Positions 1-9,768 of a stretch of 64,000 bases of DNA are shown here, piece by piece. The stretch's first letter is position 1. Each line of letters begins with the position of its first letter. This DNA is from a virus: IMG/VR virus record IMGVR_UViG_3300017963_000003, positions 64,001 to 128,000 of that record. One strand, given 5' to 3'. The notes under the pieces are model-generated. The model searched no databases. It saw only the letters and a list, made by a program, of their open reading frames with translations, and was not told where the DNA came from. A program made the position numbers and the translations under genes.

Positions 1-799
1 GCGGGTCCGTGGCAGCCACCCGAAGGATACCCTCCTGGATCTCAGCAGATTTATCAGCGGGATCGTCAACCGCGCTCAGCTCCGCGAAGATAGTACCCCC
101 GCACCACTCGAAGGCGCGACGTTCACCGCCGCCATCGACGGGATACGCGATCCGGGAATGCTTACCCCGGACGTGATCGCAGAACTGGAGAGTCGTCGAG
201 GCTACCTTACCGCACACCGAGCACTCGGTGTTCTCGACGTCGCAACCCATGCTGAAACGATCAACAGCGCCACCCTTGTAGGCCTCCGCGAGATGCGGGT
301 CCTTGGTCATGTCGGCAGCGATCAGAACTTCGACAAACTCATCGTTGACCACATCCTTGCCGGTGGCCTCGAAGACTGCCGTCTTGACCGCGTCCGTGGC
401 AGCGTTCTGATCGTTGAAGTGCGAGTCGATGAGGACTCCGCGCGACAGTGCGTAGTTGCTGGCGTTGTGGTTGACGAAGTGGGGTTTCAGCTGGAAGGTG
501 GAGTAGACGCGGCGGCCGATAGGGGGATCGAACCGAAGAAGTTCCTCTCTCCGGAACGCATCCATGTTCTCGTTCGGACGATCCGCGCTACAAGCCCTGC
601 ACGGTATGAGCAAGTAGTCACGCGGGTCGCGAGAAATCTTGAAAGTGTCCGCAACCGTGTCCAGGATGGCCTCGAAGTTGAGACCGTACCCGTCGTCCAT
701 GTAGACGGAGGAGAACTTGCCCGAAGCAACCTTATTCCACGCCCCGCCCAGAGGCTGAACGCCCAGAACTTGCGCCGCAGCTGTTTTCTTGAAGCTCAT
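1..799 (-). CDS. Prohead (capsid maturation) protease, partial; runs off the left edge
   Basis: Hand-translated minus-strand ORF from ATG at 799, absent from the ORF track: MSFKKTAAAQ...PNENMDAF...KPHFVNH...SRGVLID...FSMGCDVENTECSVCG...FCDH...ELSAVDDPAD. His and SMG-Ser motifs are typical of large-phage prohead proteases, and it lies downstream of the portal. Confidence 0.8.
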   Translation of the reverse strand, partial: MSFKKTAAAQVLGVQPLGGAWNKVASGKFSSVYMDDGYGLNFEAILDTVADTFKISRDPRDYLLIPCRACSADRPNENMDAFRREELLRFDPPIGRRVYSTFQLKPHFVNHNASNYALSRGVLIDSHFNDQNAATDAVKTAVFEATGKDVVNDEFVEVLIAADMTKDPHLAEAYKGGAVDRFSMGCDVENTECSVCGKVASTTLQFCDHVRGKHSRIAYPVDGGGERRAFEWCGGTIFAELSAVDDPADKSAEIQEGILRVAATDP

Positions 800-837
800 G
801 ATCTTTTCAAAACAACGAAAGCGTCGTTCATCCAAAG

Positions 838-869
838 ATTATACGCAACTACGGTGTCGGGATTTTAAA
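838..869 (-). promoter_or_regulatory. Class II promoter (TTTAAAA-N19-TATAAT) for the protease gene
   Basis: Minus strand TTTAAAATCCC at 869 and perfect TATAAT at 843-838, 39 nt upstream of the ATG at 799; same architecture as the CTTTAAG promoters. Confidence 0.6.
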
Positions 870-888
870 AAAGATTTCGACTATATGA

Positions 889-1215
889 TCAGGTGAGATA
901 TTTCCGGATTATCGAATCAATACCGGAGGCTACATCGGCCACTCTACCATTTTCCGCTACAGACCAGAACCCTGTACTGAGCTGATCAAGCGCGTTTTCG
1001 GCCCAAGCGTAATCCTCTACCCCCGCGTGGATCGCTCGAAGTACCCTACCTTGGTCCCCCTCTCGAACCAGGTCAACCCCCGATCTGGCACAAACGGCAT
1101 CAAAGGCTGCAAGGAAGGAAGCAGAACGAGAACGGCAGTAGAGTACCCCCTCGCGGTGATCATGAAACACCACCGCTACAGGAGAGTCCCCTTGGTTTAC
1201 AGCGAAGAACCTCAC
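889..1215 (-). CDS. Hypothetical protein, head module (108 aa)
   Basis: ORF track; same strand and position as flanking head genes. Confidence 0.6.
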   Translation of the reverse strand: MRFFAVNQGDSPVAVVFHDHREGVLYCRSRSASFLAAFDAVCARSGVDLVREGDQGRVLRAIHAGVEDYAWAENALDQLSTGFWSVAENGRVADVASGIDSIIRKYLT

Positions 1216-1328
1216 TTCTTCGGAGGCTGCGGGGCCGAACCCTTCTTGTCGTCCTTGGGTACCTTAGGGGTAAAGGGCTTCCCCGTCGGTGTGGCGTCTC
1301 CGGTCTTCTTGAAACCCATCTCTACCTC

Positions 1329-2423
1329 CTACGCGAGACGCTCTCCCGTGCTAGCGTCCCAGAATTTACCCTCGTGACGTACTGCGGAACGTCCGCCTAC
1401 ATAGTACACCGTGGGGTCCCTGACGTCATCAAGAGAGATCTTCGAGAGGTTGACCACCGGCCTTGAGAACTCCCGGAGAAACTCCACAGGACCGTTGATC
1501 CCAACGTACCCGTTGTGAACCACCAAGGTATCCTCCTCCACGAGAACAACCACCCCGTCCAGGTCCCCTTGGTACGAAGAGTCGTTCAGTGAGTAGTCAA
1601 CCATGTTCACAAAGCGGATACGCTCGAAGTCGAGCTTCTCCGCGATCAACTTGATCTCCTCCACGTACTCGGCAGGAACGTTCAGCAGCTCCACACCGCC
1701 GTGCTCCAACCGCTCCACATTCAGATGTCCAAGCAAGGGACCGTAGTAGCTCGACCGGTCGATCACAGGAGCCCATGTGGACTCGCAGTAAGGATGGGGA
1801 ACGTTGCCACCCGAGCACAAACGGTCCATCAGGCTGTTCACGCGATAGAAGAGCCCCTCGTGGGCCACACACAGGGGGCAACCGTCTTTCTGACAGAAGC
1901 GAACCGTGTCTACCCCCATGTTGTCGTACGCCACGAGAAGAGCCACCTGGGCAACCTTGAAGTAGTCAGAGGTAGTGGTCTTCAAGTATTCCAGTATGTA
2001 GTAGTCGTTCTCGTCCAAGACCAAGTCCACCTCTTGGAGAGGGACATCACCGGCCGCCCCGGACCTGATAGCGGAGAAACCAAACAGCCGAAACGCGTCC
2101 CGTTTAACGGCGAAGAACAGCTCCCCGTAACGGTCCTCGTGAAGGAGGTTCACCTGATCGACCACGAACTGATCGAAGTCGTCAACCGCCTCTACCAGAG
2201 CTTCCGTCGAGGGAGGGTTCTTCAGATCCTGGACCGTAACGATACCGGTCAGCTGATCAGAGAAACACTCGGTGTTGTACCCCGGCAGCTCATCCCCGGT
2301 AGAACCCCCGATGAAGAAGTCGTCGTAAGCCAGAATGGGGTCTTCCTCGGGCCACCCGTTGAAGATCTCCTCCGCCTCGACTCTGGTACGAGACCTAACC
2401 GACACCGGTCGGCAATCCGCCAC
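1329..2423 (-). CDS. Head morphogenesis protein, Mu gpF/SPP1 gp7-like
   Basis: CPLCVAHEG...VPHPYCESTWAP resembles the CxxC...HPxC motif of the family; immediately downstream of the portal. Confidence 0.6.
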   Translation of the reverse strand: MADCRPVSVRSRTRVEAEEIFNGWPEEDPILAYDDFFIGGSTGDELPGYNTECFSDQLTGIVTVQDLKNPPSTEALVEAVDDFDQFVVDQVNLLHEDRYGELFFAVKRDAFRLFGFSAIRSGAAGDVPLQEVDLVLDENDYYILEYLKTTTSDYFKVAQVALLVAYDNMGVDTVRFCQKDGCPLCVAHEGLFYRVNSLMDRLCSGGNVPHPYCESTWAPVIDRSSYYGPLLGHLNVERLEHGGVELLNVPAEYVEEIKLIAEKLDFERIRFVNMVDYSLNDSSYQGDLDGVVVLVEEDTLVVHNGYVGINGPVEFLREFSRPVVNLSKISLDDVRDPTVYYVGGRSAVRHEGKFWDASTGERLA

Positions 2424-5400
2424 CGGAAGGCGACTCGATGGTCTCCTGGAGAACTCCGCCGCCCTCAGCGCTACCAGGAGGCTGTGAAGCGTCGTTCATG
2501 CCACCAGGAGCCAGAAGACCACCCCCAGCACCTCCGGCAGGGGCTGCGCCCCCTGGAGGCTTACCTGCGGCTGCTGGAGGCTTCGCACCTGCACCAGGAG
2601 TCCCCGGAGGTTGCGCACCCTGCGGACCACCCTGCTGCTCGTACTTCTGGAGGTCAGCCTTGCCCAGGGTCTGCTTCTTCATCTCCTCGGCGCTCTTGAA
2701 CTCGCGCAGGCTCTTGTCCAGCTCGTCCTGCCAGTCTACGCCGACAGCCGACGTCACCGTGGACTTGGACAGCTTGATCCCGAAGCCTTGCTCAAGCATC
2801 TTGTACGCGTTGAGCAGATCTTGGTCCACGCTGGGGTCGAGCTTGTTCTTCCACTTGACCGTCGGCATCAGAACCAGGTTTTGCTCCTGGATCTCCTGAG
2901 CTGTGCGCTTGATTCGGTACTTGTGGTTGACCTCACTCGGAGAAGAGGTGGTCCACTCGTTGATCTCGGAGATCGGCCGGAAGTACTTGGGGTAGAGCCA
3001 CATGTTCTCCAGGAACTGCCGCAGAGACAGCAACCTACGTAGGAAAACCTGGAGACCGGACTTGGCGGAGTTGAACGAAGCGATGTTGTCGAGCGTGTAG
3101 CTGCTGGTCTCCTCCACCGTGAGACTGTACACGTAGGGGTGAGCCTCTTGATCGACCCTAACAACCTCTACCGACTTCACCGGAAGGTAAACGAACTCAT
3201 CGTCCACGAAGACTTCGTGACGCTCACCCTGGCAGTCGTCGCGGTCGAACCCCTCCCGGTCGATACCGGCCCACACATCGGGAACGTCCGACCAGATGAG
3301 TTCCGCAAGAGAGCGAGCCTGCTTTCCCGCACAGGTGATGTAATGGCACTCCTTGTGAACGTAGCCCTTCTCGTCCTCACGCTCCGGAGAAGTGTGCACG
3401 TAGCAAGAGTAGCCCAACTGGGTGAGGATCACTTCGAGCTGCCGCATCAGCTGCGTCGAGGTCGTCGTGTACACAACATCGAGGCGGTTACCTTGCTTGA
3501 AGAGATAACCGTCCCCGCGATACATCCCCTTCAAGAGTTCCCGCTTCAGCTCCAGACCCCAACCCATCACTTCCGACGAGAAGTTCTTAGAGTCGCTACC
3601 TTTCCCAGCTCGGCTCTCCAAATAGTTGCTCATCCCGGTAGCGGCTGTCGGGACGTAGACCGTGTAGGATGGGGCTTCCGATTCAGGATGCTTCAGGTTT
3701 CTCTGGATCGTACAAAGATGCCCGAGCGACTCCAAGATTTCTGCGACATCGGCAACGTAGAAGCTCTCCTTGGCGCAGTCGACACGCCCGAACGAGAACC
3801 GCGTTACCTTGTTACCTGAGTCAGACGCGGTGAAATCCGTAGAGCCTTCCGCCGTGTAGTACCCCAGCAATCTCGCCCTGGCTAGATTCCCCGGAGTTGC
3901 CTCTACCCCGCACTCCTCGAACCCACGCGGAATCATCAACCAGTCCCCCACCCGAACCTCATCCGCGCGCAAGCGCTGGAAAGGCTCGTGCTCAGCGGGG
4001 AAAGAAGCGATGACCCTATCTCCGTGCATGTAGTCGACCCACTCTCGGTCGCGACCACCGCGCATCGAGAGTTTGTGGTGCTGAGGTGAGAAAGAACGCC
4101 ACTTCCGGCGACCTCCACTGGTCGCCTTAGCGTCCCCAAGATCCTCTCCGCACCCACAGAGACACTCATGCGGTCGAGTGAAAACAGGGAGCTTGTGGTT
4201 ATCCGTAAGAGTCAGCTCTCGATCACCGTAGAGCGTGAGCTTCACCATCTCGTCGGGAGACGGGTACTTCAGGACATCCGTAACTCCACGGGGATGTCCA
4301 AACCGATCCACGACGACGTCCCCGCGCTGTATATCCTGGATCTCGCTATATGAACCGTCACTAAGACGCACAGAAGTTCCGTCGACAGAGCAGGCATAGG
4401 TGACCTCCCCCGTCATGAAGGACTTCGAGAGGCCCAGCGCGAGGAGCTTGACCTTCTCGATTACGTCGTGCTCCTTGTTGATGGTGACCGCGCGGTCGTT
4501 CGTACCCCAGGCCTCGAAGTTGATGCCGTAGTGGTAGATCAGCCAGCTATTCCGGGTTCCAATACAATCAGTGAGGTAAGAGTGATCTCCGCTGACCGTC
4601 ATGTTGACCACGGTCTGCGGCTCCTCGCATTCCACGACCTTCACGCCACGAACCTTCACATACAGGTAGTCGTTGTCGGTCCACCACTGACGTGGAGTAC
4701 GGCCCTCCACGTCCTGCAACTCGAAACCCCAGATATCACGAGAAAGGTCCGCAGCAGCCTGACCGTATACGTGCAAGCGATATTGCGCATTACCAGGACC
4801 GAAAGTCTCTTCTGACTGCTCTCGTTCACTGAAATTGCCGTACGTCCCCCACTGAGCGAGTATCAGCTTCACCTGATTAATCAGGTTGCGAGAGCTAGAC
4901 GAAACCTCAACATAGCGACCGGAACTGCCCGGCTTCTTCCAAATGCTGCTCCCATCTCCTCCGATGTACCCCTTCAGGAACTCGTACTTGAGATCAAGCG
5001 GCCACGACATGACCTCCCCGGAAAGCCTCTTCGTCCGAGCCCCAGAACCTCCGTGGAGTTCGAGCCATTCAGCAAGATCAATGCTCGCGTTCCTGCGAGC
5101 ACGCACCTGGCAGTTGGAACGGTCTCCATAGAAGACCTCCGGACGGTAATCGCACAGAGCCTCCACAATGGAGCAAGCATCCCGTACCAAGGTGTCCTTT
5201 TCGTCCGCACCGAAGGAAAGCTCAAAGCCTTTCCGGACACTGCCGTCCTCCCGCTCGTAGACCCCAACAGTATTCCCCTCCGCGACGTAGTACCCGAGCA
5301 GACGCGCCTTTTCGCGCGTCACGTTCTCGGGACGATTCTCCTCAAACCGGCGAGGGATCATCAAGTAGTCCCCAGGGCGCAACTGGGTCGATAGAAGCTT

Positions 5401-6789
5401 CTGGTAGGGGTCAAAGCCCTCCAAAAAACGGACCTTCCCCGTCTGCGTCTTCTTGGGGGCATCCGCAGGCATTTCCTGGTAGCGGTAACCTCCGGGATGC
5501 GTACCATGACCGGGGGAGAAGTTCCCTCCCGTGATGACTTCTCCACAACCGCATGAACACGTCCGTGGCCCTCCCCACACAGGCCACTTGTGATTCGGGG
5601 TACACCGAATAGAAGGAGACCCCACCACATCGATCTCAACAAGCTGATCAGTACCTTCACGCTCCAGAGCAAGCACGCTACAAGGAGCGCCGTCCTTGTC
5701 GAGCAACTCGTCCCCGATGTCCAAGTCTCCGATGGGGCGCTGAGAACCGTCCCCGAGGGTAACAAGCGTCTCGGGGACGAAACACTGAGGATCGACCTCG
5801 GCCCTATTGAGCATCTCCAAGAGCTTCGACTCCGCCCCTGGAGCGGGAATCCACCCCGTGGCGGGATCACCGAGCTTGAGCACCTTGACCGGCGCCGCAT
5901 GACGCCGATACGTGGCGATGGTCGAGTTGTACACCGCGTCCTCGACCATGAAGATCCGCCACATCCTGCTCGCCAAAGAAGTCCCCCGTACCTGGTAGGG
6001 ATGAAGCTTCCTGGCGATGAACGTGGTGTTCAACGGAGACAGACGGATCTTCTGCCGTGCCATGATCTTGGACACGAACTCCGCCGGCAACCTCGACCGG
6101 AACTCCCTGGCCTCGGGAGATCCGTCCGCGAGCATGCGCCGAAGCTCCTCGTCAGGCACGAAGTTGATGATCGGGTCCATGTTGACCACCGGAGCATCGA
6201 CAACGTCGATGTAGTCCGGGTTGTGCATGGCGATGTAGGTCCAGATACCGAGGCTGTCATCAAAGAAGCAGTGAGGGATCGCCTCCCCCATGACCAAGTA
6301 CTCTTTGATTATATATCGTAACCGATCCATGAGATGCGAGACCTGGCACATGTACTCCAGCGTGTCCCGGATCTCTCGGCTCTTCTCGTCCCCGACAGAA
6401 ATGTCAAAATCGCTGACCAGCATCTCGGCATACATGTCCACGGCAGTCCCGAAGATGGGGTCCGTTTCGTGAAACAGTCGCCAGGCTCTGTTGGCCTCCT
6501 GACGAGTCTTCGGGTACTGGACTCGGTCAGGAGATTCGACTCCAGGCATGTAGGGGCGCTGCATGTGGTACATGGCGCTCCCACCACCCCCGGACGGGTA
6601 CGGAGATACCCCCATCGGCATGTTGCCACCGAAGAAGCCTGCGGCCTCCCGACGGCCCGCAGAGGGGGCCAGCGTGGCGTTCTTGGGTAGAACGCTCGCC
6701 GCTAGCTCCCTGCGACCGTAAGAGGGGTCTGAAGAGACGATGCGGGGCTTGAAGACTTCCCCACGACGGGTCGGAACGAAATTAGCCAT
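2395..6789 (-). CDS. Portal protein with two inteins (1464 aa precursor, 611 aa after splicing)
   Basis: GTSLASRMWRIFMVEDAVYNSTIATYRRHAAPVKVLKLGD resembles large-phage portals; removing both inteins leaves a continuous portal-sized protein with a Pro/Gly/Ala tail. Confidence 0.8.
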   Translation of the reverse strand: MANFVPTRRGEVFKPRIVSSDPSYGRRELAASVLPKNATLAPSAGRREAAGFFGGNMPMGVSPYPSGGGGSAMYHMQRPYMPGVESPDRVQYPKTRQEANRAWRLFHETDPIFGTAVDMYAEMLVSDFDISVGDEKSREIRDTLEYMCQVSHLMDRLRYIIKEYLVMGEAIPHCFFDDSLGIWTYIAMHNPDYIDVVDAPVVNMDPIINFVPDEELRRMLADGSPEAREFRSRLPAEFVSKIMARQKIRLSPLNTTFIARKLHPYQVRGTSLASRMWRIFMVEDAVYNSTIATYRRHAAPVKVLKLGDPATGWIPAPGAESKLLEMLNRAEVDPQCFVPETLVTLGDGSQRPIGDLDIGDELLDKDGAPCSVLALEREGTDQLVEIDVVGSPSIRCTPNHKWPVWGGPRTCSCGCGEVITGGNFSPGHGTHPGGYRYQEMPADAPKKTQTGKVRFLEGFDPYQKLLSTQLRPGDYLMIPRRFEENRPENVTREKARLLGYYVAEGNTVGVYEREDGSVRKGFELSFGADEKDTLVRDACSIVEALCDYRPEVFYGDRSNCQVRARRNASIDLAEWLELHGGSGARTKRLSGEVMSWPLDLKYEFLKGYIGGDGSSIWKKPGSSGRYVEVSSSSRNLINQVKLILAQWGTYGNFSEREQSEETFGPGNAQYRLHVYGQAAADLSRDIWGFELQDVEGRTPRQWWTDNDYLYVKVRGVKVVECEEPQTVVNMTVSGDHSYLTDCIGTRNSWLIYHYGINFEAWGTNDRAVTINKEHDVIEKVKLLALGLSKSFMTGEVTYACSVDGTSVRLSDGSYSEIQDIQRGDVVVDRFGHPRGVTDVLKYPSPDEMVKLTLYGDRELTLTDNHKLPVFTRPHECLCGCGEDLGDAKATSGGRRKWRSFSPQHHKLSMRGGRDREWVDYMHGDRVIASFPAEHEPFQRLRADEVRVGDWLMIPRGFEECGVEATPGNLARARLLGYYTAEGSTDFTASDSGNKVTRFSFGRVDCAKESFYVADVAEILESLGHLCTIQRNLKHPESEAPSYTVYVPTAATGMSNYLESRAGKGSDSKNFSSEVMGWGLELKRELLKGMYRGDGYLFKQGNRLDVVYTTTSTQLMRQLEVILTQLGYSCYVHTSPEREDEKGYVHKECHYITCAGKQARSLAELIWSDVPDVWAGIDREGFDRDDCQGERHEVFVDDEFVYLPVKSVEVVRVDQEAHPYVYSLTVEETSSYTLDNIASFNSAKSGLQVFLRRLLSLRQFLENMWLYPKYFRPISEINEWTTSSPSEVNHKYRIKRTAQEIQEQNLVLMPTVKWKNKLDPSVDQDLLNAYKMLEQGFGIKLSKSTVTSAVGVDWQDELDKSLREFKSAEEMKKQTLGKADLQKYEQQGGPQGAQPPGTPGAGAKPPAAAGKPPGGAAPAGGAGGGLLAPGGMNDASQPPGSAEGGGVLQETIESPSGGGLPTGVG
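3070..4392 (-). mobile_element. Intein 2 with LAGLIDADG homing endonuclease (441 aa)
   Basis: Starts EVTYA|CSVDGTSVRLSDG; LLGYYTAEGS and LLKGMYRGDGY blocks; ends SYTLDNIASFN|S. Confidence 0.9.
4549..5784 (-). mobile_element. Intein 1 with LAGLIDADG homing endonuclease (412 aa)
   Basis: Starts EVDPQ|CFVPETLVTLGDG; LLGYYVAEGN and FLKGYIGGDGS endonuclease blocks; ends HSYLTDCIGTRN|S. Confidence 0.9.
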
Positions 6790-7138
6790 TTTCCTTCACG
6801 TAGCTCTCTCCCTGCGGAGGTACGACCACGAGGCGCTCCACGTCGACTTGGTTGTCAGGCGACAGGTTCAGCTCCCGCAGGATCTGCTGCTGGACCTTCA
6901 CCGAGTCGTCCCTCGCGCTCATGACGTTGGTCTGCGCCGTACGCATGGCATCCTGGGCCGAGCGGAACCGAGTCTCGGCCTCAGTGATGGTCATGTACGC
7001 CAACCGAACCTCCGCACGATGGGCGCGGTTGAGCTTCACGACGGCCCTACGAGGAGAGACCGGCTCCTCAGTGGTGGGATTCTCGTCGTTGGGCTTGTCT
7101 TCGACAGGGGTGAGGTCGGGCTTCTTCTTGTCAGACAT
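6782..7138 (-). CDS. Coiled-coil hypothetical protein
   Basis: ORF track; heptad-like AETRFRSAQDAMRTAQ; preceded by a TGTATATTA motif. Confidence 0.65.
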   Translation of the reverse strand: MSDKKKPDLTPVEDKPNDENPTTEEPVSPRRAVVKLNRAHRAEVRLAYMTITEAETRFRSAQDAMRTAQTNVMSARDDSVKVQQQILRELNLSPDNQVDVERLVVVPPQGESYVKENG

Positions 7139-7170
7139 GGCGTTCTCCTTGGGTAAAGTGTTCTACTCCC

Positions 7171-7179
7171 TAATATACA
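7171..7179 (-). promoter_or_regulatory. Class III (late-type) promoter motif TGTATATTA
   Basis: Exact 9-mer also at 15987, 20137 and 23238, each just upstream of a minus-strand gene start. Confidence 0.6.
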
Positions 7180-7204
7180 AGAACACCTTCCCGATCTACC
7201 CCTA

Positions 7205-9745
7205 TCATGACTGAGTGGCGTTGTTGGCTACCACCGAAGAAGTACCCCACTGGGAAGACGTGGCGGTCTCGGACATACCGTCATTCGATCCCGAGTCTTG
7301 GTACATGGAGTTCCCGACTACCGACCACAGTTCGGGCTTACCATTTGTTCCCGTCTCAGCCGTTAGGCCGTGGCAGTACCTCTTGTCGTCACCATCGAAG
7401 AAATTGCCGTTGGCGCTCCCCCCGATAGCGTAGGTCGCCGGGTCGGCACCACTCTCAAGGAGGTAGATGCCGTGTCCGTCAGAAGTCGCGGTTCCGTGGA
7501 TACCGGTGAAGCGGTTGCTGTTGACAACGGTACCCTTGAGTTCATCGCTGTTCGCGTCGATGTAGTACACGAGTACGCCAACGCGAGAAGTGTTGTACAG
7601 AGCGAACTCGTTCCCCACAATCCCACAACGAGGTGCGTAGACTTCGACCAAGCCCTCTGTAGGCGTCCCCGTGGTCTCGAAACCGATCCTACGGCCATGT
7701 AGGTAGTTTCCATTGATGGTCACGTCGGGCTGACCCACGTAGACGAGCGGAGCGGTGTTCACCCCTGAGTTCGAGACCCTTTCGAGATGGTTCCCCTCTA
7801 TGAGGTGACGCCCACAGTCGAGCCCTGAGTCGGACTCGATGTAGACGCAACAGCCATCGTCCACGTCCCCTCCGGTATCGGCTCTCAGGTAGTTACCCGT
7901 GATCAACCAACGGTAGGAGTCCTGCGGGATGAAAATACCTGCACCCGCCGAGCTGTTGTTCGTCGGGTAGCTGTCGACTTGGTTGTTGAGGATGTCGATG
8001 TTCGAGCACCGGCCCACCGTGTGGTCCCCTCGAACGAACCAGTTGGCCGAGCACTGGATGCCCTTGTTGTTCGCTATGGTGAGGTCTTCGACGTCGTCCA
8101 AGAAGAGCAGACAGCAATCCGTAGCAGCAGGATTCACCCGAAGATTGGCAGCAAACGTGCAGTTCGACACCATGCTCCCTTGCGCCCCTGACGAGAACTT
8201 GATGGCGTAGGGAGGAGAAGAAGTGGTGCTGTCCCACGCAGACGAAGCAAACCGAACGTTCTCGAAGATCACCTGATCAGTGACCTCCAAGTAGTTGTTG
8301 GCGTTGTTGGTGTCCAGGCTGATCGTTACCGTAGCTGTCGAACCGAAGCGGGTCGAACCCATGACCCTCGTGTTCCCTCGAACCTGAAGGACGCTAGTAT
8401 GGGTCAACGAGTAGGTGAATGACGGATCAAGGATGACCGTATAGTTGCTCGTCGAGTTCAAGTACGTCGCCAGTTCCGTACCGTCTCTGGGGAAGACGAT
8501 GCGTCTCTGAATCTTGAGAGTCCCTGCGTGGTCCCCGCTCAGAATCGTATTGGAGTTCCGAACAACAGAAAAATCTCCAGTAGAGTCCCCGCTATCATAG
8601 GTCAGCGTGAGGTCGTCGTTTGCATCAACAGAAAAATCATCTCCGGAAGTGAGAGTGATGCTACCCGCACCTGCCGTGGTCTGGTTCAGGTCTTGACCAC
8701 TGACAGGTGTGATGTCCACCTGCCCTGCTGTGGTGATCGCGAAGATATTACCGCTCGCCCGCTGCAAGGAAAACGAACCGGAACTGCCCCCGTAGTTCCA
8801 CGTCGTAGAACCCCCCAGCGTAACGAGCGCAAAAGCATCGCTACCAGAGATCTTAAAAGCTCCTCCACCCACTCCGATTTGAATATCGCAATCACCACCC
8901 CCAGAAGGATTAAGAATAAGATCTTGGCCCGAGACAGGGTACGCAGCTACCGACCCCGTAGAGCTGCAAGTGAGAACACCCGTACCGTTCCTACTAACCG
9001 TGAATTCCTCGGTACCAGTATCATTAGCCCGATAGTCTAGTAGAATGGAACCCCCCGCATCCAGTTCCACATTTGCAACAGAAGAGGCATCGGTTCCCGC
9101 GTGTAGCTTAACTAGACCGTCTACGGTGCGAAGTAGTATGGTACCGGTGCCTGAAGTATCCAAACCGATCCAGCCATCGACGTCGACATCGAAATTGGCC
9201 CCGGCATCGATATCCACTGTACCACTCGCAGACGCCAACAAGATGGTGCCGGAACCCGAGTTGAAGTTCATGGCACCGCCGTTCGAGACGGTCACGTCGA
9301 AGTCTTGGCTGAGCGGAAGGTCGAAAGTGACGCCACCGCTCTGGTTGAAGGTCAAGAGGGTCACGTTGTTGCGCTTCACCAGAAGCTCACCCGCGCCCTC
9401 GGTATTGTTGTAACTGAAAGAAGTGGTCAGGCCCGAACCAACATCGATACCGGCTGAAGTACCGAGCTTGATCGAATCAGCGCCTGTCCCCTCTGAGAAG
9501 ATTTCGACCTTCTGAGCACCGCCGCCCGCAACCCCAAGCTCAAGGTTCGAACCGGAGTTGTCGACGAGGAACTTGGAAGTAGCGACCCCCGTTAGCTCGA
9601 CCGCGCCTCCTGAACCGAGATCGACGGAAGCAGAACCTCGTACCAAACCGCCGAGGAGCGCACGATCCGACTCAGCGAGACGGACCCGTGTCAACTCCCC
9701 GGCAGAAGGACTAGAAATCGAACCGTAGAGGTACCTGTCAGCCAT
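7205..9745 (-). CDS. Tailspike/fibre-like virion protein with C-terminal parallel beta-helix
   Basis: Gly/Ser/Thr-rich N-terminal half; C-terminal repeats such as VIFENVRF, MVSNCTF, LTIANNKG, ILNNQVD, LITGNYL, IEGNHLE, TINGNYL are typical pectin-lyase-like coils. Confidence 0.7.
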   Translation of the reverse strand: MADRYLYGSISSPSAGELTRVRLAESDRALLGGLVRGSASVDLGSGGAVELTGVATSKFLVDNSGSNLELGVAGGGAQKVEIFSEGTGADSIKLGTSAGIDVGSGLTTSFSYNNTEGAGELLVKRNNVTLLTFNQSGGVTFDLPLSQDFDVTVSNGGAMNFNSGSGTILLASASGTVDIDAGANFDVDVDGWIGLDTSGTGTILLRTVDGLVKLHAGTDASSVANVELDAGGSILLDYRANDTGTEEFTVSRNGTGVLTCSSTGSVAAYPVSGQDLILNPSGGGDCDIQIGVGGGAFKISGSDAFALVTLGGSTTWNYGGSSGSFSLQRASGNIFAITTAGQVDITPVSGQDLNQTTAGAGSITLTSGDDFSVDANDDLTLTYDSGDSTGDFSVVRNSNTILSGDHAGTLKIQRRIVFPRDGTELATYLNSTSNYTVILDPSFTYSLTHTSVLQVRGNTRVMGSTRFGSTATVTISLDTNNANNYLEVTDQVIFENVRFASSAWDSTTSSPPYAIKFSSGAQGSMVSNCTFAANLRVNPAATDCCLLFLDDVEDLTIANNKGIQCSANWFVRGDHTVGRCSNIDILNNQVDSYPTNNSSAGAGIFIPQDSYRWLITGNYLRADTGGDVDDGCCVYIESDSGLDCGRHLIEGNHLERVSNSGVNTAPLVYVGQPDVTINGNYLHGRRIGFETTGTPTEGLVEVYAPRCGIVGNEFALYNTSRVGVLVYYIDANSDELKGTVVNSNRFTGIHGTATSDGHGIYLLESGADPATYAIGGSANGNFFDGDDKRYCHGLTAETGTNGKPELWSVVGNSMYQDSGSNDGMSETATSSQWGTSSVVANNATQS

Positions 9746-9768
9746 GAAAGCTCCTCAGAGCTTCTGGC

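Noticed and set aside
158-868. Plus-strand 236-aa ORF
   Set aside because: Antisense shadow; the minus strand encodes a recognisable prohead protease with its own promoter.
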